Virus record (IMG/VR): IMGVR_UViG_3300011971_000003
Coordinates: 1-38,922 of that record
Direction: 5' to 3' (one strand)
From: a virus
Taxonomy: Duplodnaviria > Caudoviricetes
Length of the DNA stretch: 38,922 nt
Shown here: in pieces, positions 23,750 to 33,449 of the stretch
How the letters are laid out: each line of letters opens with the position of its first letter
Position numbering within the stretch: the first letter of the stretch is position 1
Position numbers and translations under genes: made by a program
The notes under the pieces: model-generated
The model's database searches: none
What the model saw: only the letters and a program-made list of their open reading frames with translations
What the model was told of the DNA's origin: nothing

Positions 23750-26700
23750 CTATTTTAATTTAAACTTATCGTTAGCCGCCTTAGCAATCTCCAACATGCG
23801 TATTTGCAAAGTTTTTATCTGTGCATCTTTTTCCTCACTTGTCAATGTCCCTGCCTGTACCTTGTCGATTTGTTTGCGAATATCACCAAGTTTAGTGCTA
23901 GTTTTATTAAACATAGTTTTATAATTATGCCCTAGTTCTAAACCCTTATCCCCTGTTGCCTTGGCATCACTAGCACTCGTTGAAATCTTATCTAAGGTAT
24001 TATAGAAATCTCCTATAATGTCATTAGAGAAGGTTGGGTCCGCTGTTACTTGTTTCTTGAGTGTGCCACCAATACTTGCATTTTTAGTAGTGGCAGGAAT
24101 ACCGAGTTGAGCAACACCACCCAGGTAACTACGGGCTAGATAGTCAATTTGCTGTGGAGATTGGTTTAATTTATTTCCTATCCACTTTGCTGGCTCACTT
24201 GTTTTTTCGTCAAACTGATATTTTGGAGATAGTTTGGATACTGCACTAGAAACTACGGGAGCGTCTAGGAAGTTCTTGTTTGAGCGAATATCACTTAATG
24301 GAGCAAGAATTGATCTTGTTGGGGGGGTGAAATTTGTCTTTACTGTTTCCATAAATCGATTAAAGGCATCCGGGTCACTATCTTGCCATTGTCTAAGGGA
24401 TCGCTCGACAGAACTCCCGAACATAACTCCTATTTCTCTAGGCTTTGGTATTTTGATAAAGGTTCCGTCTGCTTTGGGGAATAGAAAGTTATTGTCTTTG
24501 ATATAATCACTAAGCTGTTGATATGCAGGGTTATTGTGGTTGAGTTGGTATAATACGATAGTTGGGAATGTAACTGCCGCTACAGCCTTTATTGGTGCCT
24601 GTACGGGGTTATCTTTGAATGTTCTGGCTAGCTTATCTATCCCTTGCCATGCTGCGTTTAGGTAAGGAAAAACAGCATCAGCATCTTTTATGACATTACC
24701 GGATCTACTAAAGTTCGTTGTTACATCGTTTGCTTCATACAGGCCCTTAATCTTCGCGTCATAGGTCCCGGGCTTAGAAACTCTTTTGAACTCTGCCAAA
24801 CGTGGTGCAGACTCTACCACATTATTAAATCTCTCTAGTGTTCCGATTCCAGTATCAAACATTTTCTTGGATGATCTTAAGGGATGCGTTACAAGCTCCT
24901 TCGCTGTTTGTAGCGGATGCTTCGCACTTAACGTACTAGGAAGTAGCCTTGCCTTACTCTCCGCTAACGTGTTCCTACTTGCAGATACAGAACTTGAAGC
25001 ATACCCACCACCCATTGCCTTATATGATTTATATACTTCCTTGTTTCCCATAATATCAACGATTGAACCAAGTAAGTCCTTACCAAATACAAGGGGGTTA
25101 TTTGTACTTTTCGAGTTAATAAATGCTGTGGGAATATCGCGCCATATGTTGCGGGCTAATCCAAATACAGGGTTAATTCCTGTTGTAAGGTTCTTCATGA
25201 CCCTCGTCACGCTGCCAAGTGCCGCTATAACATTCTTTTGCGCTTGTGGCTTAAGGTTCGTTAGTGCATCTAATAATAAAGGATCGTTAACCCGTACGTG
25301 TACCTTTTCTCCATTAACCAAGCCGGTAACTACATTGCCAAGGTCAAGTCGTTGCTTCTTTGCGCTGAATACATCGTCAAACTGTTTATTAAACGCTTCA
25401 ACTACTCCGTCTATACCTTGTGTTTCGAGGGTTTTGTTTATGTCCTCTAACATACCCTCTTTAAGTTGACTATCCGATGGTATAACTTCGGCCCAACCCT
25501 TAAACTCTTCTGGATTCTTCTCTATGTTTCTGATAAGGGACTGCATGACCTCATTGCGCCTAGCTACCTTAACATACTGCTCAGTGTGTTCCATGATAGT
25601 CTCTATTGGGCTTATGATCTTTCTCTGTGAACCTGTTCGTGCCTTAACCGGGTTTGATTGTCCAGCAAACCCTCTTTTTGCAGGTAAGCCAAACCCCGGC
25701 TTTTCTAATTCACTAAAGAAACGATTATTGGGGACATAATTAGGATTATCAATTACCCATTTACCGTATTCCTCTGGTGAAACTATGCCAGTGTCTACTA
25801 ACCACGACTTCGTTAATTTGTTCTGAAAGTCATAGAGTTTATTGGAGAGGTCCTTAAACTCAGGGTGAGCTGCTTCAATTTCCTTAACCTTGGCCTCTGA
25901 TATTTCAGGAGTCATTGCCATTTCGTCGGGATATACCTTTTCTCCCGCCTTCATACGAGTAATAGCGTGTTTGTTGACGAGATAATCATCAAAGGATTGC
26001 ATGTCCTTTGAATTCTTTAATTGATTTGTTATTGTTTTGAGTGAATCTCCAATCTTTACGCCTTCTGGATTGACAAGTTCTTGCTCTAAGATATGACTTG
26101 ACGTTGAGCCTGTCCCCCTGCTATTCAATCCCAGCATATACGTTTTGTCCTGGGGAGCAAGTTTAGAACCGGTTACTTTTTCAACATACTGGTCTAATTG
26201 ATTAAAACGATGAAGATTATCGGTCGTTTTAATGTAAGCGTTAGTCCTCAGGGTTTCAAGGTTAGTAGGTTGTCTCTCTGTCTTTGATACAATATGGCTA
26301 GCTGTGTCTGGGAGAGTGGCGGGAAGTTCATTACTAAACCGTTGAAGACTCATAGGAATTCTAGGTTCTATCACAGGTTGGCCGAATCCTAAGTTTTGTA
26401 GGTTATTAGTTGTTCCTTGAATTTGCGCAGGTTGCCTACCTGGCAATTGATCCAAGTTATCAGGCGTAATAGACCGAATAGGTAACGGTCCCGATTGGCC
26501 TAAGTTATCTTTATTTGTCCATTGTAGAGGCTGTGGTTTTTCGGGTGGAGATCCTCTGAAGTTAGGGTCTAAGATTTGTTGTGGTGTTTTAGGCAAAATA
26601 GTAGTTGGTTCAAACTTGGTTATCTGACCAGTTTTACCACTTGGAGAAACATTACCATTCGGATCTAACATTATTAATACTTGGTGCGGGTCCTTGCCTG

Positions 26701-27778
26701 TCCTTTGCCCTCCTGTGTGGGTATAAGCATCATATCCGGTTTGTTTTAAATCAGATGTCATATTGTCGAAGTAGTCGTGAAACTCGGATATAGGTATTTG
26801 GTCCTGATGGGACATGGTGCTTATTTCATCGGATAATTTAAGCCAAACCTTTTCTCCAGTAGCGCCTTCAGAATGAAGTTTATTTATAGATTGAACCAAT
26901 TCGGGGTTATCATAATTTTGTGATATCTGGTTAGCAGTTTTACTGATTACATTAAAGGCATCATCTGGCAATGTTTTTTGAAGATCAAGAACATTTTTTA
27001 CATCGACATTGGCATTATAAATAGTCGGAGTATTAGTTTTTTTACTTCTAGATTCTGCATATCCATTAGCTATTTCAGGATTATCAGTTAGATATACTCC
27101 TTGCCCAAATAGACCATCAATTTTTGTCATATTGGTGTTGAGTGCTTCCGGGGTTAACCCTTGTGTGCCTGTGCCATGATACCATTGTTTTTTATTTATA
27201 GCCTGTGGGTTGTCCGTATATGTTGGTCTGCCAAAAGCACTCTGAGTATCAGCCTGTTTTTGTTGGAGTAATTCAGATGGGTCCATGCCTTGCTTTGATA
27301 ATGTCCGTCCTGTCTGTCCTAAGTTATTTGTGCTATCAGAAAACGTATTGTTGAGTTGTTGTTCTGTTGCTGTTCTCAGTGATACAGGGTTATTATATGC
27401 CCCTTGAAGATCCGCTAAAGGATTTGTGCTTATCTCTGGAAGTTGTGTTGCTTTATTGAATCTAGCATAGTCAACTCCCGATTTTACACCATTTCCCAAT
27501 AACTGCCCTGCTCCATGAAGCGCTGTCCCACCCAATGCCATCAGAGGAACTTGTTTTTCTCTCTGTATTAAGCCCTGTAGTCCATCACCTTGAAGTGCGG
27601 TTTCCATAGGAGCAATACCTAACCCATATGTTGCCCCTGCCCTTGCCCCTGTTCCTAATGCTGGTGTAATTGCCTTAGGAAGAAAGCTTAATCCTTTTGC
27701 TACTGGTGCAGTTTTAGCAAGCATCCCTAACGGTTTTGCGACCAGAGCATCACCCAGCCATCCACAAGCCTGCATCAC
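23750..27778 (-). CDS. Large polyvalent ejection-type protein (ART domain, LPD38-like C-terminus); main part of a frameshifted gene starting at 28163
   Basis: WYHGT/GVYLTD/GYD ART motifs; VTTNFSRSG, FPYLNA..QG, IKIPKPRE LPD38-like motifs. Confidence 0.8.
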   Translation of the reverse strand: MMQACGWLGDALVAKPLGMLAKTAPVAKGLSFLPKAITPALGTGARAGATYGLGIAPMETALQGDGLQGLIQREKQVPLMALGGTALHGAGQLLGNGVKSGVDYARFNKATQLPEISTNPLADLQGAYNNPVSLRTATEQQLNNTFSDSTNNLGQTGRTLSKQGMDPSELLQQKQADTQSAFGRPTYTDNPQAINKKQWYHGTGTQGLTPEALNTNMTKIDGLFGQGVYLTDNPEIANGYAESRSKKTNTPTIYNANVDVKNVLDLQKTLPDDAFNVISKTANQISQNYDNPELVQSINKLHSEGATGEKVWLKLSDEISTMSHQDQIPISEFHDYFDNMTSDLKQTGYDAYTHTGGQRTGKDPHQVLIMLDPNGNVSPSGKTGQITKFEPTTILPKTPQQILDPNFRGSPPEKPQPLQWTNKDNLGQSGPLPIRSITPDNLDQLPGRQPAQIQGTTNNLQNLGFGQPVIEPRIPMSLQRFSNELPATLPDTASHIVSKTERQPTNLETLRTNAYIKTTDNLHRFNQLDQYVEKVTGSKLAPQDKTYMLGLNSRGTGSTSSHILEQELVNPEGVKIGDSLKTITNQLKNSKDMQSFDDYLVNKHAITRMKAGEKVYPDEMAMTPEISEAKVKEIEAAHPEFKDLSNKLYDFQNKLTKSWLVDTGIVSPEEYGKWVIDNPNYVPNNRFFSELEKPGFGLPAKRGFAGQSNPVKARTGSQRKIISPIETIMEHTEQYVKVARRNEVMQSLIRNIEKNPEEFKGWAEVIPSDSQLKEGMLEDINKTLETQGIDGVVEAFNKQFDDVFSAKKQRLDLGNVVTGLVNGEKVHVRVNDPLLLDALTNLKPQAQKNVIAALGSVTRVMKNLTTGINPVFGLARNIWRDIPTAFINSKSTNNPLVFGKDLLGSIVDIMGNKEVYKSYKAMGGGYASSSVSASRNTLAESKARLLPSTLSAKHPLQTAKELVTHPLRSSKKMFDTGIGTLERFNNVVESAPRLAEFKRVSKPGTYDAKIKGLYEANDVTTNFSRSGNVIKDADAVFPYLNAAWQGIDKLARTFKDNPVQAPIKAVAAVTFPTIVLYQLNHNNPAYQQLSDYIKDNNFLFPKADGTFIKIPKPREIGVMFGSSVERSLRQWQDSDPDAFNRFMETVKTNFTPPTRSILAPLSDIRSNKNFLDAPVVSSAVSKLSPKYQFDEKTSEPAKWIGNKLNQSPQQIDYLARSYLGGVAQLGIPATTKNASIGGTLKKQVTADPTFSNDIIGDFYNTLDKISTSASDAKATGDKGLELGHNYKTMFNKTSTKLGDIRKQIDKVQAGTLTSEEKDAQIKTLQIRMLEIAKAANDKFKLK

Positions 27779-28163
27779 CTAGATTGGAGCCAACGAAGTC
27801 AAGTGCCTTGTCTCCAAGGGTTTTAGGTTGATAATCAGGGAGCATTGGAGTAGGTGTTCTGAAATCTCCATTAGCTAAGGCAGCACCGAGTTTATACCCG
27901 ATACCGCCTGTTATGCTCTCCGTTAATCCTTTGCCTAGCTTTTGCAGTATGCTTGGTTCGATTGTGGTTGATTGACGCGGTTCGTGAGCTGAAATCATTT
28001 TCACTGGTTCAGCAGATGGCAATGGCGCAGTATTTGGCTGCTGAAATCTACGTTCAAGAGGTAGTATTTTATTATCGGGGAGTAAATCAGCGAACATGTT
28101 ATTGCTCATATCCAAGGAATTAGGATTATCTAGTAAGTCTGCAAACATATTTTTCCTATCCAT
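27750..28163 (-). CDS. N-terminal part of the large ejection protein (before the frameshift)
   Basis: GGGGTGA RBS; ends GCT GGG TGA, and the +1 frame continues GDALVAKP. Confidence 0.7.
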   Translation of the reverse strand: MDRKNMFADLLDNPNSLDMSNNMFADLLPDNKILPLERRFQQPNTAPLPSAEPVKMISAHEPRQSTTIEPSILQKLGKGLTESITGGIGYKLGAALANGDFRTPTPMLPDYQPKTLGDKALDFVGSNLGDAGLWMAG

Positions 28164-28178
28164 CTAGAATATCACCCC

Positions 28179-29627
28179 TTATCCATTCCATTGGAATGTT
28201 TTGTCTGCCCAAGTTCTTAATGCACTCGTATTTACCCCTGCTCCCTCGAACCTTCCCGAATTATTGTTCAAGGATTGCATAATCTGCGTTTTTGTTTTTC
28301 CTTGGTTGGCTAATTCATTCAGAAAGTCCATGGCGTCAGAAGTGGCGGCATCTGTTTTTTGTCCTGCCGTTTGCTTACCTTTCCCAGGGGATGAAAGTGA
28401 ATTATTTATCTTCTGATAAGCATCCCATACACCATTAGCCCAATTAGGGTCAGTGGCATATCCAGAAGCTTTCTGATAGGCTTTTATGCTTTCTAGAGAA
28501 ACATTGCCTGAGAATTTATTAGCTATGGAGTTTGCTGCCCATTGGAGTTGCTTTGTGTATGATCCTGGTGAGTCTTGGTAATTACTGTTTGGGTTACCTG
28601 CATCGTATACTCCTACTCCTAATGAAAACCCATCTCTGCCAGCACCTAGGGTTCCGTATCCCGTTTCATGCTGAGCAATTGCTGCAAGTAGAGTTGGATC
28701 TACGCCAGAAGCATTACCGGCATTTACAGCTGCATCCCAAAAGTCAGTCGGTACAGTAGTCGGTGAACTAACAGGGGCTATTCCTGCACTTGTATTAGCG
28801 TTTTGCTTTTGGATGGCTAAGGAACGTCCAAACTGACTTTCATCAGCGGTAAGTTTTCTTCCGAATTGGCTCTCATTAGATGCCAGACTAGCATTAAATT
28901 GGGCGCCCTGTATGTCCTGAGCACGCTGGGCTAGGGTTTTATTGCCCTGGTAATTGCCCATCATATCTCCGACTTTGTACTCATTATTGAAAGCATCCTG
29001 AGTGACACCGTGATCATATGTTTTCTGAGCTAGATTATTAGCTACTGAATTTTGCCCCATTTGAGCCTCTAATTGTAGCCTAGCCATAGTAGGTGTGCCC
29101 ATGTTTGCATCGGCCCTAGGTGCCGATAGATTGGCCTGTGCTGCCTTAATTTGTGATGCTAGGTCTTGACTATAGTTATCATAAGCCTTTGAAGTGTCTT
29201 GTGCTGTGTTTCCGGCTAGGCGAATCGCTCCATGGAGAGCTGAGTTGGATACCCCTGTTCCCTCTCCCCCCAGAAAAACATCCTGTGCTGTTAATTGAGT
29301 TTGACCGGGTGTGTAAAGATTGACATTTTTGCCAGGGTTAGCGTTTACATCAGCTTGTAGGCCATATGTCTTAGATACCGAACCAGCTTGTGGTGGGATA
29401 ATACTTCCAGGTTTACTGTTGTTATAATGGTCTAAGGCGAGGGCTGTGCCATTGGCATCGTCACCATATACCCTGGTAGCCTGTCCAACCATTTCATCTG
29501 TCACGCCTGTCCCCGGTCCACCCAGAAATACATCACCTGCCGTTAATTGAGTTTGACCAGGAACATATAGGGATACATTCTTGTTTGGATTTGCTAAAAT
29601 ATCGGGTTGTAGCCCATAGATAGCCAT
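28179..29627 (-). CDS. Ejection-type protein with lysozyme-fold muralytic domain and two N-terminal repeats
   Basis: GVDPTLLAAIAQHETGYG...YATDPNWANGV; Q/N/A-rich middle. Confidence 0.8.
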   Translation of the reverse strand: MAIYGLQPDILANPNKNVSLYVPGQTQLTAGDVFLGGPGTGVTDEMVGQATRVYGDDANGTALALDHYNNSKPGSIIPPQAGSVSKTYGLQADVNANPGKNVNLYTPGQTQLTAQDVFLGGEGTGVSNSALHGAIRLAGNTAQDTSKAYDNYSQDLASQIKAAQANLSAPRADANMGTPTMARLQLEAQMGQNSVANNLAQKTYDHGVTQDAFNNEYKVGDMMGNYQGNKTLAQRAQDIQGAQFNASLASNESQFGRKLTADESQFGRSLAIQKQNANTSAGIAPVSSPTTVPTDFWDAAVNAGNASGVDPTLLAAIAQHETGYGTLGAGRDGFSLGVGVYDAGNPNSNYQDSPGSYTKQLQWAANSIANKFSGNVSLESIKAYQKASGYATDPNWANGVWDAYQKINNSLSSPGKGKQTAGQKTDAATSDAMDFLNELANQGKTKTQIMQSLNNNSGRFEGAGVNTSALRTWADKTFQWNG

Positions 29628-29648
29628 TTAATCAACTCCCTTCATTTG

Positions 29649-30806
29649 TTATTTACCTCCACCATCTCCACGAGGTCCACCCGCCGATGTTGAAGTTGGG
29701 CTATTGTAAGTTGGGGTAGTTGGCTTAGTGGGTAGATAATAAACAGGTGATCCAGTGGTAGAAGTTGACGTAACAAGTGGAGTTGTAGTCGTAGATGTAA
29801 CTGGTCCTGACGCTGACGTATCCGCAACACCCTTTACGTAATGAATACCGTTATACCACCCTGTCAGAGTTCCCTCTGCAATTCCGTTATTAAACGTATT
29901 CTGAGCTTGTCCTGCTGCAAATGTCTGCGCCCATTGAGACATACTAGCATTAAATTGATCCCTGCTAAGTCCTAATGATTGTGCAAACTGATTGGCTTGT
30001 TGATTGAGTTGGGCAGTATTAAAGGCATTTTGTACGCCATTTTGGGCAATCTGTGCAGCTAGTTGTTGTTGGGACATGCCTAGTGTTTGCGCGAATTGGC
30101 TAGTTTGGTTGTCTATTTGTTGTTGCTGCATCCCTAATCCCTTATCTGTATTTGATTGTGAAATTAGTGCTGCGAGTCGTTGTGATTCGGTATCAGCTGT
30201 TGCTCCTGCCATGTTATATCCATAATCAGCTTGAGTTTGTGCTATGGCCTGTTTGAGCTTATTAACTGCATCTTGTTGCTGTAGGTTATATCCACCGATT
30301 TGGTTGGCCGTAGATGCCCCGTTAGCTGTCTGAGCTGTTTGGTTTGCACCACTACGCCAGTTTCCTTGTGATGCTTGTTGCTCTGTGATGGCGCGGCTAT
30401 TTTGCTCACCCTGTAATGATGCTTGATTGCGCAGGGGTTGGTATTGACCGGGTAGCGCGTCAACTTGTTGATTATACCCGTTTACTGCCGTGTCTCTAGC
30501 CTTTGCTAGTGCGGCAGCCTTTGCCGCTAATGCTGCCTGTGATTGCTGGTTTATCATATCTGAGGTCGAAGTAGTTGGAGCAGGGGTAGAGGCGGGAGTG
30601 GTAGATGTTGGAGTGGTTTCGTACGATAAGTTTAAACCGTATTTTGCATTGGTGTTGCTTAGCCAATCTTTGTATTTTTGCTGTGTTACATCCGCCCCGC
30701 TGCTAATTGCCCCTTGTATAGAAGCCTTTGCATAATCTTCTGCCGATTGTCCTGTATTTTTTTGAACAAAATTTTGATTAGCTTTTATCTCTTCTGCTGT
30801 CGCCAA
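29649..30806 (-). CDS. Q/A-rich ejection/pilot-type protein
   Basis: Composition and position after the tail genes. Confidence 0.7.
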   Translation of the reverse strand: MATAEEIKANQNFVQKNTGQSAEDYAKASIQGAISSGADVTQQKYKDWLSNTNAKYGLNLSYETTPTSTTPASTPAPTTSTSDMINQQSQAALAAKAAALAKARDTAVNGYNQQVDALPGQYQPLRNQASLQGEQNSRAITEQQASQGNWRSGANQTAQTANGASTANQIGGYNLQQQDAVNKLKQAIAQTQADYGYNMAGATADTESQRLAALISQSNTDKGLGMQQQQIDNQTSQFAQTLGMSQQQLAAQIAQNGVQNAFNTAQLNQQANQFAQSLGLSRDQFNASMSQWAQTFAAGQAQNTFNNGIAEGTLTGWYNGIHYVKGVADTSASGPVTSTTTTPLVTSTSTTGSPVYYLPTKPTTPTYNSPTSTSAGGPRGDGGGK

Positions 30807-30872
30807 TTAATTCACTCCTTTCAGGTAAAAAAAGAGATATATTTTCTTCTATCGTTAATGCACATAATACGT

Positions 30873-31001
30873 CTACTGCGCAGTAATGTAATCATACTCT
30901 TCTTGCGTAATCTTTCCTTCAGCTTTCATAGAATCCAGCTTAGAGACAGCCACTTTCCCCTGAGCATATAGCCTTTTAAGGCTTTCAACTAATGTACTCA
31001 T
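30873..31001 (-). CDS. XkdX-like 42-aa protein
   Basis: MSTLVESLKRLYAQGK...GKITQEEYDYIT. Confidence 0.75.
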   Translation of the reverse strand: MSTLVESLKRLYAQGKVAVSKLDSMKAEGKITQEEYDYITAQ

Positions 31002-31369
31002 CAGATAATTCCCCCCTCTATTAATGTGAGTGTGTAATCATCAATAGCCTTGGTCTTTTCGGCATTTATCATGCTGTCAAGCCGTTCGTTGTTCTGATTG
31101 TGGATAACTATCTCTTCTTCATCCAACCTTTTGTAAAGCATAGCTGTTGATAATAACTTCCCATCTGTGCCAGTTGCCATAAGCCCACCACCCTGTAAGT
31201 CGTCAGTAATAACAATTAAGGCAGGGGTAGCGCTAATATACTGTTTTAGCACGTTAGGTATTTCGTTAATTGGTACAACGTTAATATAGGTTGTCATTTC
31301 TTCTTTTGCCCGTTCAATAAGGGAAATTTCAGGTGCTGAATTTGGATTATAAATATAGATAGCTTTCAT
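31001..31369 (-). CDS. Tail-fibre-associated protein
   Basis: Between fibre and XkdX-like gene; IDDYTLTLIEGGII tail. Confidence 0.65.
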   Translation of the reverse strand: MKAIYIYNPNSAPEISLIERAKEEMTTYINVVPINEIPNVLKQYISATPALIVITDDLQGGGLMATGTDGKLLSTAMLYKRLDEEEIVIHNQNNERLDSMINAEKTKAIDDYTLTLIEGGII

Positions 31370-31378
31370 GGTTACCTC

Positions 31379-33445
31379 CTACAATTGTTGTGTTAATATC
31401 GTGCCTACAGAACCAGAAGCACCCGATCCACCGACTTCACCAGCTCCCGTCTTGGCTCCGCCGCTTCCTCCACTCCCGCCGTTTGCCTGAATAGTTCCGT
31501 TGTTGACGTAGGCAGTTTTGTAAAGCAGAGCAATTACTCCACCACCCGCTCCGCCGCCTCCCCCTCCCCCACCACTATCTATAAGGGTAGATGCATAACC
31601 GTTTCCACCATTTCCGCCGTTTGCTTTGATAAAAGCCCCTGCGTTAATTGTTATAGTTCCTTTAGCAATTATTAGTATAAAACCGCCCGCATATTGACCG
31701 TCTTTTCCTGTTGATGCCACCTGGACAGGGGCTAATCCGCCACCTCCCCCGCCGCAGCATTTACCTGATGTTACAGTGAATGATCCGCCGCCTATTGGAG
31801 ATATTCCTCCAGCACCATTAAACCCGTCAATGCTAACTTGTGGACCTGAAACATTAGTGCTGGTTAACCTTGCAACTCCTCCGCCTAATTCCGCAAAGTC
31901 TATACTTCCTCCAGCCCCGCCTATAAGAGGTAGACTATAAGCCCCGCCTCCGCCGCCTCCTCCAAATCCACCTAAATTCTGTCTACCTGCACCACCAGTC
32001 CCAGCCAAGGTTTGACGATAAATAGAACCGCTATATCCTCCACCATATCCGCCATTACCTCCCGAACCGCCTTTTAAAGCCTGTAGTATGGTTGAAAGTT
32101 TAAAATATTTATCAATTGTTGCAGTACCAGTTGAATTTTTCTTAGTCAGCACCATTGGAATAATTCCACCATTCGGGGCAAGTCCCGCTTTCTGGCTCAT
32201 ATCAATAGTGCCAGAAATATTTACGTCACCCTGAGAATATAAGATTAAACCTTGACATGGATTGTCAGTAATTATTTCGTAGCCTGCGGGAATGGTAATG
32301 GTGGCGAAATTTTTAACTACCACTTCGCTTTGGGATGTAACAAGGTAAAAAATACGCCATACAAAACTTGTCACCAAATCTCCACTTGATTTACGGTTAA
32401 ACATGCAATTTGTTATCGTGAGCGTGCAGTCAGACCCCCCTGATTTTAACACAAGTCTCCAATATCTATAGGCCCCTGCTGTTGCATAGTTTATTGCGTA
32501 ATTTGCAGGAGATGTCCCAACAGCTGTTACTGCCCCATATTGATACCAAGTTATATTGTCAGATGAATATTGTAAGGCTATATTTCTCACACCTGTAGAA
32601 ATACTCAAGTTCTCTGGGCTTACAGCCCAAGGAATTGACGAAACGGATGTAAATACCTGAGGACTACCAAAGTCCATAGTAAATACTACTTGGTCACTCG
32701 CACTACTCAAAGTTCCTGTGGTAAAGGTTGTACTTGAGTTCATATCCCATAAATTTGCTACCGTACCGCCGTTGGGTGCTGTCGTGCATGTATTAAGGTT
32801 AGGAATTGCTCCGTCAGACCCATCACCATAGAACTCACTTAGTCCGCCAGAGCTATCGGCCAAAAAACTTGTACCGACTTTTTTGAAAGTATACGGTCGT
32901 CCTGCAACCATTTCCCCTGCGGTATAAGCTGTGCCGTCTTGCTTTAATAAAGCTGTAGCTCCTTTACCGTCCCAATTAAGCGTAGGCGAAGATCCGCAGT
33001 CGATATGGGGAATAATGGTTACGCCTATTCCTTCGGAGTAGGCTGACAATGCAGGAGTTGTACTCCCTGTATACGCCGTGGATGTTCCCCCCGTTGGATT
33101 GATATAACCTGGTTGCCGCACATAATCCGCCAAATGCGCAGTAAGGTTTGAGTTGGTAGTGTCTAACTCAACCTGTGTTGCAGGATCAAACGACAACTTA
33201 GGTATAGTGATTGAACCATCCGGTATTTGGCCTAATACAACATTTTGTAATTCGCTAAGCGTTGCATATGTTGTGCTAAGCCCACCTTTGGTGGCTTGCA
33301 AGTCAACGTCAACCGCATTTACCGCATCCCTAGCTTGATCCATAAGAGATTGTATCTGCGATCTACCTTCGAGTTTTGTCGTAGGGTTCGGAAACGCTGC
33401 CGCGTCATTAAATCCAATCACAGGACTGTATTGAAATTCGGACAC
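31379..33445 (-). CDS. Tail fibre/receptor-binding protein
   Basis: LTAHLADY hinge, discoidin-like LQYSSDNITW..YRYWRL, glycine-rich C-terminus. Confidence 0.85.
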   Translation of the reverse strand: MSEFQYSPVIGFNDAAAFPNPTTKLEGRSQIQSLMDQARDAVNAVDVDLQATKGGLSTTYATLSELQNVVLGQIPDGSITIPKLSFDPATQVELDTTNSNLTAHLADYVRQPGYINPTGGTSTAYTGSTTPALSAYSEGIGVTIIPHIDCGSSPTLNWDGKGATALLKQDGTAYTAGEMVAGRPYTFKKVGTSFLADSSGGLSEFYGDGSDGAIPNLNTCTTAPNGGTVANLWDMNSSTTFTTGTLSSASDQVVFTMDFGSPQVFTSVSSIPWAVSPENLSISTGVRNIALQYSSDNITWYQYGAVTAVGTSPANYAINYATAGAYRYWRLVLKSGGSDCTLTITNCMFNRKSSGDLVTSFVWRIFYLVTSQSEVVVKNFATITIPAGYEIITDNPCQGLILYSQGDVNISGTIDMSQKAGLAPNGGIIPMVLTKKNSTGTATIDKYFKLSTILQALKGGSGGNGGYGGGYSGSIYRQTLAGTGGAGRQNLGGFGGGGGGGAYSLPLIGGAGGSIDFAELGGGVARLTSTNVSGPQVSIDGFNGAGGISPIGGGSFTVTSGKCCGGGGGGLAPVQVASTGKDGQYAGGFILIIAKGTITINAGAFIKANGGNGGNGYASTLIDSGGGGGGGGAGGGVIALLYKTAYVNNGTIQANGGSGGSGGAKTGAGEVGGSGASGSVGTILTQQL

Positions 33446-33449
33446 GTTA

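Noticed and set aside
24786-25469. 227-aa plus-strand ORF (and most other plus-strand ORFs in the track)
   Set aside because: Antisense shadows of well-supported minus-strand genes, without RBS or motifs
31379-33445. Diversity-generating retroelement or invertible tail-fibre system
   Set aside because: No reverse transcriptase, invertase or TR/VR duplicate seen
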